Source: Azolla caroliniana
Lineage: Eukaryota; Plantae; Polypodiophyta
NCBI GenBank assembly: GCA_043228905.1
Contig: JBHGNT010000005.1
Location: forward strand, 248,001 to 312,000
DNA: 64,000 nucleotides
Reading direction: 5' to 3'
The notes beneath the pieces were generated by a model. The model was not told the DNA's origin. It worked only from the letters and a program-made list of their open reading frames with translations, and searched no databases. A program made the translations under genes and the position numbers. Positions within the stretch are counted from its first letter, which is position 1. Each line of letters opens with the position of its first letter. This document shows positions 1 to 13,990 of the stretch, one piece after another.

Positions 1-2359
1 GTCTGGAATCTCTCGTCAAATTAAAGAAATCATAATAAAAGGAACGTTCCCTCAATCCAAAGGTAACCAATTTGCAATTATCAAATCCTCCAATGTAACC
101 TCCTCCCTATTTGAAGTCATCATTATTTTTCTTGTACAAGTAACCAATCAATTAATATTAAGGAATGTTTGAAAGATGGCCTTGGTTGTGAGATTAATAA
201 AATATTGAAGTAACATGGTTAAAATGGTTGATGGTGGTTAACAATGTGATAATGATAAGTGGAAGATGCAAATGGTTTAGTTATGTTATTAATGCACAAT
301 GTTAGGGTGGTGTTTATAATGTGGCATTCAGTAATGGAAGGTGCTAGTATTTAGATGTTTAGTTATGCTATTATTGTATGATGTTATGGTGGTGTCAATC
401 ATGTAATAATCAATAGTGTAAAGTGCTCATGATTTAGATGTTTAGATGGTATTAGTGCACAATTGTTTAGATGTAGCCTGTAATTGGTATCTTTGTATGA
501 TAGGAGAATTTTTTGATGTATTTTCAACATTATTTTGATACAATGCTTATATTATACACTTTTTATTTGCTATACACAATACTTGGAGACATTCCTGTCA
601 TAATCAGAACGTGCACTCTAAACGGCAAGGATCATCGATAAATTCTTGAACATCCTAAATCATTAATTTCTAAATATACTAGATTAAGATGTTTTTACCC
701 TTGGCCTCATAGGTCATACTTGACCATGAAGGACAACTCCCTCCCTCCCTCCCTCCCTCCCTCTCTCTCTCTCTCTCTCTATTGAAAACACACAACTATC
801 TTAATAAATGTGTGTGACAAACACTACTTGCAATAGGTGTCACAATGAAGTATGGTCACCCATTATCTATATGGGTAGTGGAACATGTTGAATTGACAAT
901 AGGGAAGACGAACACTCCATTGAGGAAGGAATTTCCACTTGTTCCAATAAAGAAAATTGCCACATTAGTACTTTTAAATATGCTTTAACTCTATGCCCAT
1001 TGCCTACCATCAAATACAAAAGCATTGCACATATCCCAATTATGCGCAATCCCCAATACCACAAAAATAGGAAAATGATCTTCATCTCTAATTTTCGGTC
1101 AACTTGTGTGAATTGTGCATACACCCATTGTCTAGGCGTCAAATAACATCGTTATAAAACTTACCAAATTTGAGAAATGTAACTCCAAATTTAACAAGTA
1201 ATCGAACATTGTATGAAACGATGAGTACTCTCTTCCATTTGAACAGTACAAAAGAAGCAATTGCCCGTTGCTAGCCCACGTCGCTTTAGAGCTAATCCCA
1301 AAGGTAAACCCCCAATCAACATTGTCCAAATAATGAAGACCTTTGCTACAAATGAAGATCTTTAAATATGTGAATTAGAAATTGGACATCATAAGTGATA
1401 GAATGGTTGAGAAAATGGTATTATGTACTAAATTATGTCAAAGCCAAAGTATATGTGATTAAATATACAATTGATAGGATGACATTATGTACATAATTGT
1501 AGAGAGGGAATTGTGCATACTAGGATAATCCTATGACAACAATGAAAATTGTGCTAGTTGTACATAGATCTATACATCATGTGGGGCAAAATGGGGTGGT
1601 GTGCGATTTATTGCAAACAATGAAATGATGTGATAACTAGATAGGACAAATAGGAGGGTGATTGCTGCCAAATCCATAACCCATAACCCACATCAACTTG
1701 CAACATGTTAACATTGAAAGTTCAGAGAGAATGATGATATTTTAACATCCTCCATGGCCACAAACTCTCGACTTGTCTATTGCTAAGTACACTTTCTAGT
1801 GGGGTACAATCCACAAAGTCAAAATTGATGTAGAAAATATATATATATTCCAGTGGGGGAGTCATGCACATTTATAACTAAAGTTGTCGCCATTAAAAAA
1901 CCATGTGCTTCTAGGCTAACCTATCTTAGGAATGAGGGTTCAAACTACAACCTCTCCCAAACGATATGCTAGATTTCCATAACATTGCTAAGAAATGCAC
2001 TTTTTTAAATGAATAAATAAATAAACACAATGAACTATGTATTACCCAACAAGAGCCCCATGAGTTTGATAAACCACAACTCAATTTGATGAGTTCGACT
2101 ACCAAGAATAAATAAATTTAATAATAGATGCAATGAACTCTTGTCCAACAAGAGTCCCATGAGACATAGAACAACACTTTCTAAGAACATGCAAGGAAAT
2201 ACTTCTAGCGTTAAATTTGGAAATTAATTATCTTCCAATAGCAGTAGTACCAAGTGTTTTGTAGGAAACAAAAACATGTCGAAAAGAGTACATTAGTTTA
2301 ATGTCTAGTTATAATGTTGGAATGTGTAGATTGATGTCATCGATGAAACTTCCCCTATG

Positions 2360-2610
2360 AACAATAACAGAGTAAAACAGTGACATTATTGATGAAACAT
2401 CCTATGAATGACAACAGCGCAAAAAAAAAGTAATCAAGCAAGAAGTCACACATGAACACAACAATAACTATTAAACAAAAATGATCAAACAAGATTTTAC
2501 AGACATAAACACAGCAATAACAGTGTAAAAAAAAGTGATTAAGCAAGATTTCACACATGAACACAACAATAACAGTGTAAAAAAGTAATCATGCAGAGAT
2601 TTCCCACCTG
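2360..2610. repeat. Degenerate tandem repeat, ~55-bp unit, 3-4 copies
   Basis: Recurrent ACAATAACAGTGTAAAAAAA(G)TGATT/AATCAAGCAAGATTTCACACATGAACAC. It explains the low-complexity ORFs at 2355-2899. Confidence 0.7.
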
Positions 2611-3342
2611 TGAACAAAATGGTTGTTGCGGAAATTTTAAAACTACTTCCTAACTGAATTGGTTCCTTTTTTAAAATATTTTCTAACAAAATAAAAAAAT
2701 ATACAAACCCAAAAAGAATGTTCGGGGTTTTTTCCGGGTAGCCTAAAAGTGGAAGTACATCATCACCCATTTCAATACTAGTGTGATCAACTTCTGTCAT
2801 CCAATAGAAAAAACTAAGGGAAAAAATACATAATAGCACATTTACAAAATAGAAGCCCATGATAGGCCTATAGGCCTCAGAATTAGAAGGAGCAGCCATT
2901 CCTCATTTAACTATGCATATTGTCTTCACATTCCAATGTGTTTATGCACTCTCCCCTTTAATCATATAATGAAGAAATGCCACTTTGGTCTTCTCTTCGA
3001 AATGTCGCCCTATGTGACTATGAAATTGATTGGATGGCTCCTAGCTTCAGAATAGATCCAAAAAAGCACTCATTTCAGAACTGTGCCCATCACTTTGGCT
3101 TTGTATTTACAAACCTTCACACTTGAGAAAAGCAACCCTGAAAGCTCATATTCACTGAACATCCATACACAATAGAACATACCCATCACTCTGACATTGT
3201 ATTCACAAAACTTTGCACTTGAGCAAAGCACCCAAAATTCATACACCAAACATGCTCATCACTCTAACACCATGTTCATGAACCTGGTGAGCTAGAAAGA
3301 AAAGCATGGAATAAGTTTATACAAATTGTACATCAACTAATA

Positions 3343-6300
3343 CTATCGACTGTTCTTTCCCATGACTTCTTTGGTAATAACATTAATCCCACGGACCCAT
3401 AGCTCAGCTGCAAAAGCTGTGGTAGCATCAAAGTGAATTTCTCTCTCATGTGTGACCACTCTAAAGATGCCAGGATTGTCAGTATCACCCTGGCTCTTTC
3501 TATTCTTTTGTAACTTAGAGCTAGCTCCCAAGCTTGCTTCAATGCAAACTACATTTCTTTTCTTCGATTTTCCCCAGTTAAGTACTCCACATTTGAGCAT
3601 CTTTACAAGCTTTGAATGTGGCTTTCCCCTTCCTTCTCGAGTGTGCTTGGAAATGTCTCCACCAGCAAGCACAAGTTTCTTTGCCATATGATCTAATAAT
3701 ATTCCTTCTACTACTATATTGCCACCAGAACTCCTTGCCAGAGACAAGGCCATTTCACCTCTTGAATTCACCAAATAACAATCAGCTCCAAAGGAGAGAA
3801 GCAACTTGCAAGCTTCAGTATGCCCCTCTTTTACAGATAGCATCAATGGAGTGTACCCATCATCATCCCATGCATTTATCGGAGAACCTTGTTTGAGCAA
3901 ATATGCCAATGCTTCCGAAATCCCTCGTTTTGCAGCAAAGTGAAGTGCCTTAAACCCTGCATCTCGCAAAACATCGTCAAGTATTGCATCAACTATGATT
4001 CTTTCACACCCGTCCTTGTGTCCACTGTTGTCTGCTAGCATGGAAGCATTCTGTCCTTTGTAATTTCTTATGCTTATTGAAGCTCCAGCAAATAACAACA
4101 CTTTAAATACTTCCATATTACCACATTTAGCTGCAAGCATAAGGGCAGAATATCCATATCTATCCTGAAGATTCAGATTCAGACCCTTCTGCTCAAGAAT
4201 CTTGTTCATAACTTTCATACTGCCATATCTAGCAGCAAAATGGAGAATCGAAAACGATTCTAAGTTACTGGAATGCAATTTTTTTCCAGATAAAATAGCA
4301 CCCCAAATAATATGATGCATAGTTAGTCGGTAGATACTAGCATCCATAGCTTCAGCCACAGTTTGTCCTGCCTTGTTGACTACACCAAAATCAGCTCCTC
4401 CCAGCAAAAGCTCATAGAAGCATTCTTTATGACCCAATGATATGCAAAGCATGAGGGCAGTTTCACCAGCCTCTGTCTTTGCATTTAGATCACATCCATG
4501 AGCTATCAATGTTCTCAATACCGATACAATACCTTGCCTAGCAGCCAAATGTATAGGGAAGAACAGTGACCCATCATTGGCTGATACACAATACTCTATG
4601 TCTGCCCCAGACTCAAGAAGTATTTGTATGGCTGAAACATTGCCACATAAGATAGCGTGGCATAAAAGGGATCGGCCTTGATGATCAGTGTTTGCAGAAA
4701 CATGGCCAAGAAGCATTCTAAGTATTGAACCCTCTGCTTCCCAGTATTCTATGGCACACCATGCAGCACTATATGGTTCTGCCATGCCAGCACCCACCCT
4801 TAACACCTCACCTGAACTTAAGTCCCATGACCATGCTCCAAGCCTGGCTTTCGAGTATGCATTCGCTCCAACCTGCATTCATAGTTTGTGGTAAGTCAAA
4901 AATGCAAAGATAACATAGCCTAATAAGCACAAAAACCCTTAGCCCTAGAGTTCAAATCCCACAAACGGAAATCAAGACCCCCTCCCCAAAAGATAAGAAA
5001 ACTTGTTCGGTACTCATAAGTTCTCAAATTTTGTCAGAATATCTCTCCACAATACAAAATGCACTGCAGGAGAGTATTGTGGTTACTTCTGAAACATTAT
5101 CAGTACTCCAGTAAATACTCAATAAGTTGAGGGGTACTTTGGTGTTTTGTCCAAAAAAGATACAACATTGAATAATCAGTCATGTTTGTTTTTGTTTAAA
5201 GCTCCATAGCACTGTTATATTCTGAAGCCTTATGAACTTACTTGCAGCAAGTACTTTACAACCGAAGCTTGTCTGCAAACAACAGCAGCAATCAAAGCTG
5301 TACAATCAACACTTGCATGAAGTACAGGTTTCACAGAGCGAAGAAGTACTCTATGCCATGAATTCACATCCAGGCCACTCTGTAACATCAGAAGGATATG
5401 AGAATACATGCTAACAATATGTATCTAATGAAGAACCGTGGGGGTGACATCGTAGTTCGGGCACTTGCCGCCCCTAGTTGTCAATCGGCCTCCCCGTAGA
5501 AAAAAAGGTATATATGTTTATAATATGAGATATGTGTATATGCATGTGCATATGTAATAGCAATAGCATATATGACCCCTGAAAATACTGATGTTTTTAA
5601 ATATTCTTACTTTTATCAAGAGTTGTACAATGCCAACAAGGCCTCGACTACTCGCATTGATCAAGGCACTAGCTGAAATTTCTCGCCTCGTCATTTCCCA
5701 ACTCATCAGTAATTCTGCCATCTTTACTTGACCAGAGAGACAAGCCTCTAATAATGACTCTTCACAAGCAGCCTGATAAGCTCCAGCTTTTAACAAGATG
5801 CTTAACACTTCATAATGGCCTTCTCTTGTGGCTGCAGTTGTTGCATAACCTCTGAACAGCCTTTGGTTTACATCTGCACCTGCAGTCTACTCTTATCAAA
5901 CAATTAAAACCAACCAAATGGAAATACACAACCAACTATGATTGTAGAAATGCGATTTTCAAAATATGAAAGACAAAAAACAAAACAAAACAAATTGGAG
6001 CACATACTCCTAAAAGAGAACAATTTACGGTATGTTCAGTTCTTATAACCTTCAGCTTACAAGGGATAGATGATTAAACTTACCGAACTACCCAAAAATG
6101 CATGGAATCTAGGAATGCAATGTCAGCGGATACATCCTATTCTAGGATCCATGGTGACATCAGAAGCGGTGAATCCAGTGTAAATCTTTTATCTTGTTTT
6201 GGCTGAGTTACTTAGAAAAGGCTTGAGATAAATGCATTTTAAGTGCCAGTAATTGGGCTACATCAATTGACAAGCATAAAATTTATTGATCACTTCACGA

Positions 6301-6344
6301 TGGTCTTGAATTGCAAAATAGGCTCATTCAAAGAAATAAATGAA

Positions 6345-6386
<42 letters not shown>

Positions 6387-6875
6387 CACGCAATAGTTTC
6401 TCTTGAGTCTCTCAAAGCATAAAACAAGAACACCCAAGGCAATAAAAACCCATCCTAAAATTGAGGACTCTTGCTATGTTTATCCCATAAAAAAGGGCAA
6501 ACAAATATTGTACGTTGAAGTTACTGATGTTACAATAGATCTATGAATGGAAGAAGCTTAAATGCCTGAGATGTGGACACAACTCACCAAAAGTTTCCTG
6601 ACAATTTCAGCATGACCTGAATGCGCAGCTGCAAAAAGAGGAGTGACATCTGTCTTGAATTCCACATATTCGATTTTCAGTTCATCGGGAGCTTCTTCAT
6701 GCTGAATAGAATCAGTATTTTTCATTCTAAGATTAACAGTTCCCATGTAATTCACATCAACAACTCCATTCCGAAAAAGCTCATCTACAACTAATTCATC
6801 TCCTTCAAGGGAAGCATTGATAAGCATTTGAGAAACAGTATTCTCATCTCTTTCTGTTGATAGAATTGGATTCAT
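3343..6875 (-). CDS. Ankyrin-repeat protein with C-terminal PH-like domain, 4 coding exons (6875-6588, 5886-5611, 5379-5242, 4872-3343), ~743 aa
   Basis: Exons join in phase 0 at GT..AG boundaries (TTG|gtgagt, AAA|gtaag, CAA|gtaag). Many ankyrin motifs (TPLFAAAHSGH, PIHLAARQG, TALMLC, SALMLAAKCG, ALHFAAKRG, TPLMLSVKEG). The C-terminus KHTREGRGKPH...LNWGK...IHFDATTAFAAELWVRGI resembles a PH fold. Confidence 0.88.
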
Positions 6876-7069
6876 GATGTTCTCGTCAACAATCTATGAG
6901 AACTTAATTTTATTTATACTCCATTGTACCATATACAGTTGTGTACTCCTGTATCATATCACATTTATCCAGTTTGTCAGTTGAAGTATTGCCAGCAATC
7001 AACCAGCAACCTGATTATGTAATTTGAAATTTTCAACAAATACTTGCATTTTATGAGCATACATTCAAT

Positions 7070-7365
7070 AATATAGGTTCTAAAGGAAAATGGAAGTTAG
7101 CTAACCTAACCATAACCCTTAATGCATCTTTCAAAACATGTAGGTTCTAAAGAGAAAACAATACAATGGATGTTAGTTTCTCCTATACATATAAAATGTC
7201 ATGAGACTCTCTTGTTAGCCTAGTATGCATCATTCTACAATATAGGTTCTGAAGGAAAATGGAAATCAGCTGGCCTAGCCAAAATTCAGAAGTTTTAGGT
7301 TAAAAAAGGAAAAAACAATAAAGTGGATGTTGGTTTCTCTTAATCACGTGAAATGTCTCTTGTTA
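7070..7365. repeat. Degenerate direct repeats inside the probable 5'-UTR intron of the ankyrin gene
   Basis: ATAGGTTCT(A/G)AAGGAAAA motif at ~7073, ~7140 and ~7241, with two TGGATGTT(A/G)GTTTCTC copies. Candidate minus-strand donor (cag|gtatg) at ~7432 and acceptor at ~7011. Confidence 0.45.
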
Positions 7366-7895
7366 GATTATAAATTCTGAATGGAAGAAAACGAGAAATA
7401 CAAAGAAAGAAATAATGAGATCTAAGGCATACCTGTTTTTATCCATATTATGGCTAATATGTGGAGAGAGAGGCTCGGTGCTCCTTAAATTATTATAAAT
7501 GTGACAAGAAATTAAAGATATGGAAACACCAGAAACTTCTGTTTTTTTGTACCACTTTTCTTGGCTTTTGATTTTTGTAGTGGAATACAGCAGCAGAGTT
7601 TATTAAACTCTGTGTGTGTGTGTTTGCGAGCGTGAGAGATGGGAGAGGGGGGAGGGGGGAGGAGAAAACCTGCTTCTTTCTTTTTTTAGCTATTTCTTCA
7701 CAGCACCCAACAGAAGGGGGGGGAACATAGAACTAAACAGAGACTCTCTGTTTTCTTTCTTTTTTTGGGCTATTTCTTCACAACCCGATTATCTTTTCCT
7801 GCTTCGAAAATTCTTCGATTCTCTGACAATCTTCTTTCTTTTGTTTCTTTCTCCTTGGAGACTCTACTCTCTGAGTGTACTTTGGAAGCACCTTT

Positions 7896-7898
<3 letters not shown>

Positions 7899-7946
<48 letters not shown>
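7899..7946. repeat. (CT)n microsatellite upstream of the ankyrin gene
   Basis: Perfect CT run. Similar runs occur at ~760-780 and ~6347-6381. Confidence 0.9.
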
Positions 7947-7948
<2 letters not shown>

Positions 7949-9204
7949 GCTTAATCTCCTCTGCTAATCCAATGACTAACTGCGGTTTTAATCATGTGAT
8001 TAACACACTAATCACATCATCATTACAATGCTCGACGCAATTTTCCATTCATTTACCGTTGATGTGATTAGGAATTGCCATCCGGGCCTCGCTAACTCAT
8101 GTACTATTGTTATTGATGATAGTGCATAGCAATATGTATATTTTCATGGGGTGGTCAATTCGGGTCTAGAATATATGTGTTTGTCAACTACATGCACTAG
8201 TCTCGATATCACTCATTCCTAATATGCTCAAAAAGCGTGCACATTGTTTTATATTAGTGTTATTCTTTGACTAGCACGAGGTGCCTAATCGTCGTATTCG
8301 TGATGTGATTCACACCATTGCTCGCTTTCTAGAACGAATGGTCATATGAGGATTCATGAGTTTGCGGTTTTAAGGAAGTGTCAACGAGGTGACGACCATA
8401 GTGGTATTCTTATTCTTCACATGTTTGTCTATTATTGTTACTATAAATATATTGTGCACAGGCAATTCGAGAGCAGAAAGTGATATTCTTGGCCTATATT
8501 TGTATATCGTTGTCCAACGGCTGATCCATATCATTCCTATCACTTTCTTATCTAGTAATCTTTCACGACATAACAAGTGTTTAGAATATTCTCTTCTCCT
8601 TGTGTTTTTTAAGTGATGGTGTAAGATTTTGTCAAGCAAGGTGTTGCATACCTACGGAGATGGATTGGGGCAACTTGGTTAAGATTCATCATTTAATATG
8701 TTAATCAATGATATCCTAATAGATTTATTGTATTGATATGATGTAGATGCCCCTAGTCAAGTCCTTTGGGACCATGGTATCCCAAGGCCAGTTCAGTCAA
8801 TTGCCAAGAAAGGTCAACATATGAGTTTTATAATGATCACAAAGTAGGTTCCAAACACATCTATGATTAGTTCAATGTGAATAATTTGGTTTTACTTCCC
8901 TCATTCATATGTATTTTCAAAACCTATGATATGTATAGTCTCTAGTTTTTCATGCCATGCCCTTCTCCCCCCCCCCCCCCCCCCCGGAATATCATACAAT
9001 GATTTTAACTAATATAAGTTCACTAGCAAATATTACACTGCGCTTATGCTTACTCCCATCTAAAACCTTGATTGCTTAGTTGATGATCAATCTTATATTA
9101 TGTATATAACCAACATAAATGGCATCAAGGGATTAGGCATATACACAATGTTTGGTATTATGGAGGAATATCATGGATGGAACATTCACGATAGATAAAT
9201 AGAC

Positions 9205-9530
9205 AGTGTTGCATCATTCGTATCTATCAAAATATGACTTGTATGCAACCAATGAATAATAGATAAATTTGTGAACAATATGGATGGGGGTGTGAGAGAA
9301 GAGGCATCGGGCAATGTATGTGAGAGACTAAACAAATAATACGATATGAGAGATGAAATGAAGCTTCACGCGTATACCCTAAGTAATGATCATAAATAGT
9401 TTAATATGTTGTGTTTCATCATTCATAGCTATCAAAATATGACGTGCATGCAACCAATGAATATTAAATAAATTTGTGAATGATATGGATGTGAGAGAAG
9501 AGGCATTGGATATGTATATGAGAGTATATA
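9205..9530. repeat. Diverged ~125-bp direct duplication, period ~210 bp
   Basis: CATCATTC(G/A)TA(T/G)CTATCAAAATATGAC...GCAACCAATGAATA...AAATTTGTGAA...GTGAGAGAAGAGGCAT at ~9212 and ~9417. Confidence 0.7.
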
Positions 9531-11669
9531 TCAACAAAAGCATTTGAATCACACCAACCATAAACATGTTTGCCTTTTCATTTAGAGTAAAAAAATTGTT
9601 TCAAAGTAAAACAAGGTGAAAGAAAGCTTCACAAGCCAATGATAAGGAAATAATGATGGATGAGAGATGTTGATAGAGAGACATATGAATGAATGATATG
9701 TTGTTACTTGCTTAGAGGTCAAAAAATAATCCACATGAATAAAGAGAAAACATTTGTATGTAGTCAGTCCAAAGTCAATAAGTGGGTCACAAAGTTCGAG
9801 AAACCTATGAATGAGTTTTCCAATTGGGAGACAATCTAGTGTTTAAATGCTATACACGAGAGAGAAGGGGGGCAGAACCTAGAAATTAAAATGGCAATTC
9901 CATAATAATTAGTAACTGAGAACATAGATACAACTCAAGAATTGGATAGAAAAAAGCAAAAAAGAAACTAGGCAACCAAACGAAATTATGAAGGATGGAA
10001 GAGAATGCTACAAAATATTAAATTATTGAATCATTACCAAGCTATTTAATAAACGAGAAGTGGAATATAAAGGTTCTCTATTTCACAACACATGACTACG
10101 TATGTCATTCAGCCACTAAGGACTCGGGAGGCAAACAAAAACAACATCATTACAAAACTCGTCCTTTCATTTTGATGCACTTTTGTTGCCAATTGGACTA
10201 TAACCGAAGAAATGAGATAAGACACACAAATAACATGCAAGATGTAAAGTTGGAGTTGCCGTAACCAAAGAAATGGGATAAGGTGTACAAATAACGTGCA
10301 ATATATAAACTTGAGACCTACAGAATTGTTTTGTCAATGTGAAGCGCAAGCAAGGTAGAATATGCACCATTGCAATTGCATTTATTACATGGATTTGGTT
10401 GGGGCTGTTGTTACGGGCATAAATATAACTACAATGGTAAGAGTTTTTAACCATAGGCCCATTAGCAATCAAGTGTCCTTTGATTGGCCACACATTTAAT
10501 GGTTATTGTATGTACATAGATCTGTAGTTTTTAAATATACAAGGGTTACATATGTCCACTTCCAAATCCATGGATTACCTCCATAAGAGTGGTACTACAT
10601 ATGTAACTTGAGATGCACAACATCAAAACAATCTATGGTCCACCTTTAGTTGGTTGTGAGCAAATGTTCTCCCAATTGATTTATGGTTGAGTATTAGGAG
10701 AGTGTGACACGAACATATGTCTATCAATGGTCCCTATACATTTCATGTAAATGTCACAAATACTTCTACGGAGGGAGACAACGTTGCATGCTAACATCAC
10801 TGCATGTCATTTTCTACTGCGTAACACTTGGCTTTATTATTTTAACCATTACTAATTGATAATCAAATATGCTTAAACCTGTATTTTTAAATAGTAACTT
10901 AGAATCAACCTTGACTTCCAATCAATAACGTAAACCATTCACTACTACAAATAATCTCCATTCAAAAACCGGAATCTCTTTTAGGAAACAATGATAAATT
11001 GTTAAAATTTCATAGATTGGGTTGAAACGTCAAAACTTTGATGATAACTCGTGCATTGGGTATCTGTAAAATGTGTGGATGTGACAACGTAACCTTGAGT
11101 TATTTTCTATCAAGGTAGACTCGTGAATATTTATTCTTGACATTTGAGCATAATTATGAAAAAGCCTAATTAGATGGGTGTATTGTATCAAGCAAGTTGA
11201 ATAGTTGAGGTGCAACAAAAGCAATTATGTACGTGTTACCAATGCACAAGCACAAGGAAAACACACCCAATCAAATGAATATATATATATATATATATAT
11301 AGATGCATGTGTTTCTCTATTGATAATACTACTTATAGTTGGTCACATTGTGCATGTGTGTGATCAACCATTGGAACCTCGAGTGGGAAATTGTTAACTT
11401 TTTGAGAGAGCGTTATCGTACTCAATGCCATAGACCATTTGAAAAATATATCCAAATATGCTTTCGAGGTAAATGGAGCCGTTATATGTTTCTCTGTGTT
11501 TTTTTTTCCAAAAAATGTTTCTCTGTGTTTGATATGTATTATATGACAATTCTATTCATAATCTAAACATGACATTATTTTCCCCTACTAATTGCAATCA
11601 TATCAATAACATGTCACGTCTTCTTCTATTCAACATTTCTCTCCTAAACTTATTAAGTACTCGATGTAC

Positions 11670-12925
11670 GTTTCAAATTCCACACTTTCTGATGATGTTC
11701 GACCTTTTTATTGATACCAATGATGCAAATCTATGAGCTACACAAAGAGAGGAAGAGACGAAAAGCTAGAAAATAAGGCCTCGTGGCCACTCTAGAGTAA
11801 TAAAAGGTTAAAAGATTGTAAACAAAGGTTATTTTTTTACCTTCTTCTTCATTTTCTCATCGCTTACATTACAACTCTCTTGTTCTCTCTTTAATCTTTG
11901 TTTTTGCAATTTCTACTATATTTTTGACAATATTGTTACTTGTTCCTTAACCACTAACATGTTGTTAATTGCTACAAAAGAAATAGTTAGGTCTATCATG
12001 AAGATGCTAATGAAATACTTAACTAAGAATCAAATGAAGTTACCTATGCCTAAATTTTAGGGTTTCCTAAGCATGCATATTTCCTAGCGAAGTTGTACCT
12101 CCGCACTATTATTATGGGATGGGTATTTGTTTGGAGTCCATCATATGGCAGACAAAATGAGAAGGATATTCCTTAAGACATTATCGAGGTGTTAATCACC
12201 ATCAATGAACAACTCATGCTAAAGCCTAACACTAAACCTTTTATGAAATATTTAGCCAAGAATAAAATGAAATTACCCAATAGTCAGAACCATAGTACGT
12301 AAAATTCGTGTTCGTCTAGCATAACATTCGTTTTCCTACGTTGGAAAATGAATGCAAATCTTATTCAAACATTCTTGTGTTTTTTCCCATTTTTATTTAA
12401 TTTAAATTTTTTTCCATTTTTTAGGCTTATTTACCTCATAATAAATAGTTAATCCAAAAGCATGGTATTTATCATTCGTTGAGGGTGTTTTTCTTACGCG
12501 AATGCACGTATGGTTCATACTATGGTCATAACTATACACTTCAAAAATAAATTGTAAAGAAAACTCGAAGTGTCAAACACTATCCTTTGATTAGTTATAA
12601 TCAAAACTAGTATATGCACTTAAGTAGTAAGTACTTGCAACTGGAAATGTAAGCCTTCAGCAAATGTGATAATGACAACAATAGCCATTAAGGAGAGAGA
12701 AAAAAAGTTAGTGTAAGTGATGAGAAAACAAGAAAAAAGTTTTAAAAGGCGATTTTTTAAATCTTTTTAGTCTTTTTACTATGTTTTAACCCCTTAATCA
12801 AACTAGAGTGGCCACAAGGCCTTATATCCTAACTTTTCATCTATTGCCCTCATTTCTTAGCACATAGATTTACATTCTTGGTACCTCTACCAATGTCAAC
12901 ACCATTGAAAAGTGTGTATGGGATG
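11670..12925. repeat. Large degenerate inverted repeat, arms ~11670-11900 and ~12685-12925 (possible old foldback/TIR element)
   Basis: AAATCTATGAGCTA...ATAAGGCCTCGTGGCCACTCTAG (11728-11795) is matched in reverse complement by CTAGAGTGGCCACAAGGCCTTAT...TAGCACATAGATTT (12803-12871). TTTTCTCATCGCTTACA pairs with TGTAAGTGATGAGAAAA. Confidence 0.6.
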
Positions 12926-13990
12926 TGAGTGTGCAACAAACACTTAACATGGCTCTTCTCAAGGCTTGCTTCTTTGGAGTTATTTTGGCTAACTTGTCAT
13001 TTAGTTTTTTTTGTATTGGAAATTTTATTTATAAAATTTGTTTTAAGGGTTTTTAATTGTTATGTACCACTAGATCAAGATAATTGAGTCATGTTTCTTC
13101 TTACTTAGACTTGCATCCTTGATATTGATAAGAATGTCAACATCATTGAAAAGTGTGTGTGGGCCCTACGATGTGAAACATACAATAAATACTCATGAAT
13201 ATTCTTGCTTGCTTCTTTGAAGTTGTTTTGGTTAATTTTTCATTTAGCTCATAATGAGGGTCTATTTTCGATTCATTTCGTGTAGTATAATAGTTATATA
13301 CTCATCTCTTTTTAAGGGTTTTAAGTTGTTATGTGCCTCTAGTTCTCTACATGTCGTTGGCATTAAAGTCACTGATCTTTGGATTTCGACCTATTTGACC
13401 TATGACTATTTCATGATAGGTGGCCTCATCATACTCGACTTCTAGATCCAATGTGATCAAGTCTGCTTTGTTGATCTCAAAGTTCATTGCTTGCAAGCAT
13501 GTTAGTAGTTCTCATCGTAAAACAATCCTTCATCTGTGGGCTTCATTGTGCAATATCAAGGCGTGATTGTCTCATTACAAATTGTTGGGGTTAAATACGT
13601 TTAATATGCATATAGATTCTCCGTTGCATGAACAAGAGCCTCCTAGAGAATTAAGAGAATGCCTATACATCATATTCAATCTTATCTCATTACCAACATG
13701 ACATTAACTCTCATAGAGCCTACACACTCCTCCATGCTCCACACAAGCTAGGTAATGAAGTTGCATCATGCCATCAAAATGAGTCAAACATAAAGGTATG
13801 CAATGTACGCCTGATGGACGATGAATATCAATTGCTTTTTACATGTTGTCTAGCATATATTGTGATCCATGAAAGCTATCATGACATATTAAATGGGGAC
13901 GTGTGTCATACGTAATACATAGTAGTGACGGTTGAGCTCAAGTTTGTGTATGCCTTATTCACAAATAGAGTCATTTTGCTTGGAAGTATG

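Noticed and set aside
860-1900. Possible hAT transposase or retroelement remnant (MVGNGHRVKAYLK etc.)
   Set aside because: Similarity is too short and degraded to support a call.
7616-8067. ORFs containing SLSLSL or ERERER runs (also 46002-46806)
   Set aside because: Translations of (CT)n/(GA)n microsatellites.
8966-8985. Poly-C run (G-quadruplex potential)
   Set aside because: Isolated homopolymer with no supporting context; its length is unreliable.
9600-10800. Purine-rich stretch suggestive of a decayed gypsy internal region
   Set aside because: No diagnostic motif, LTR pair or TSD could be confirmed.
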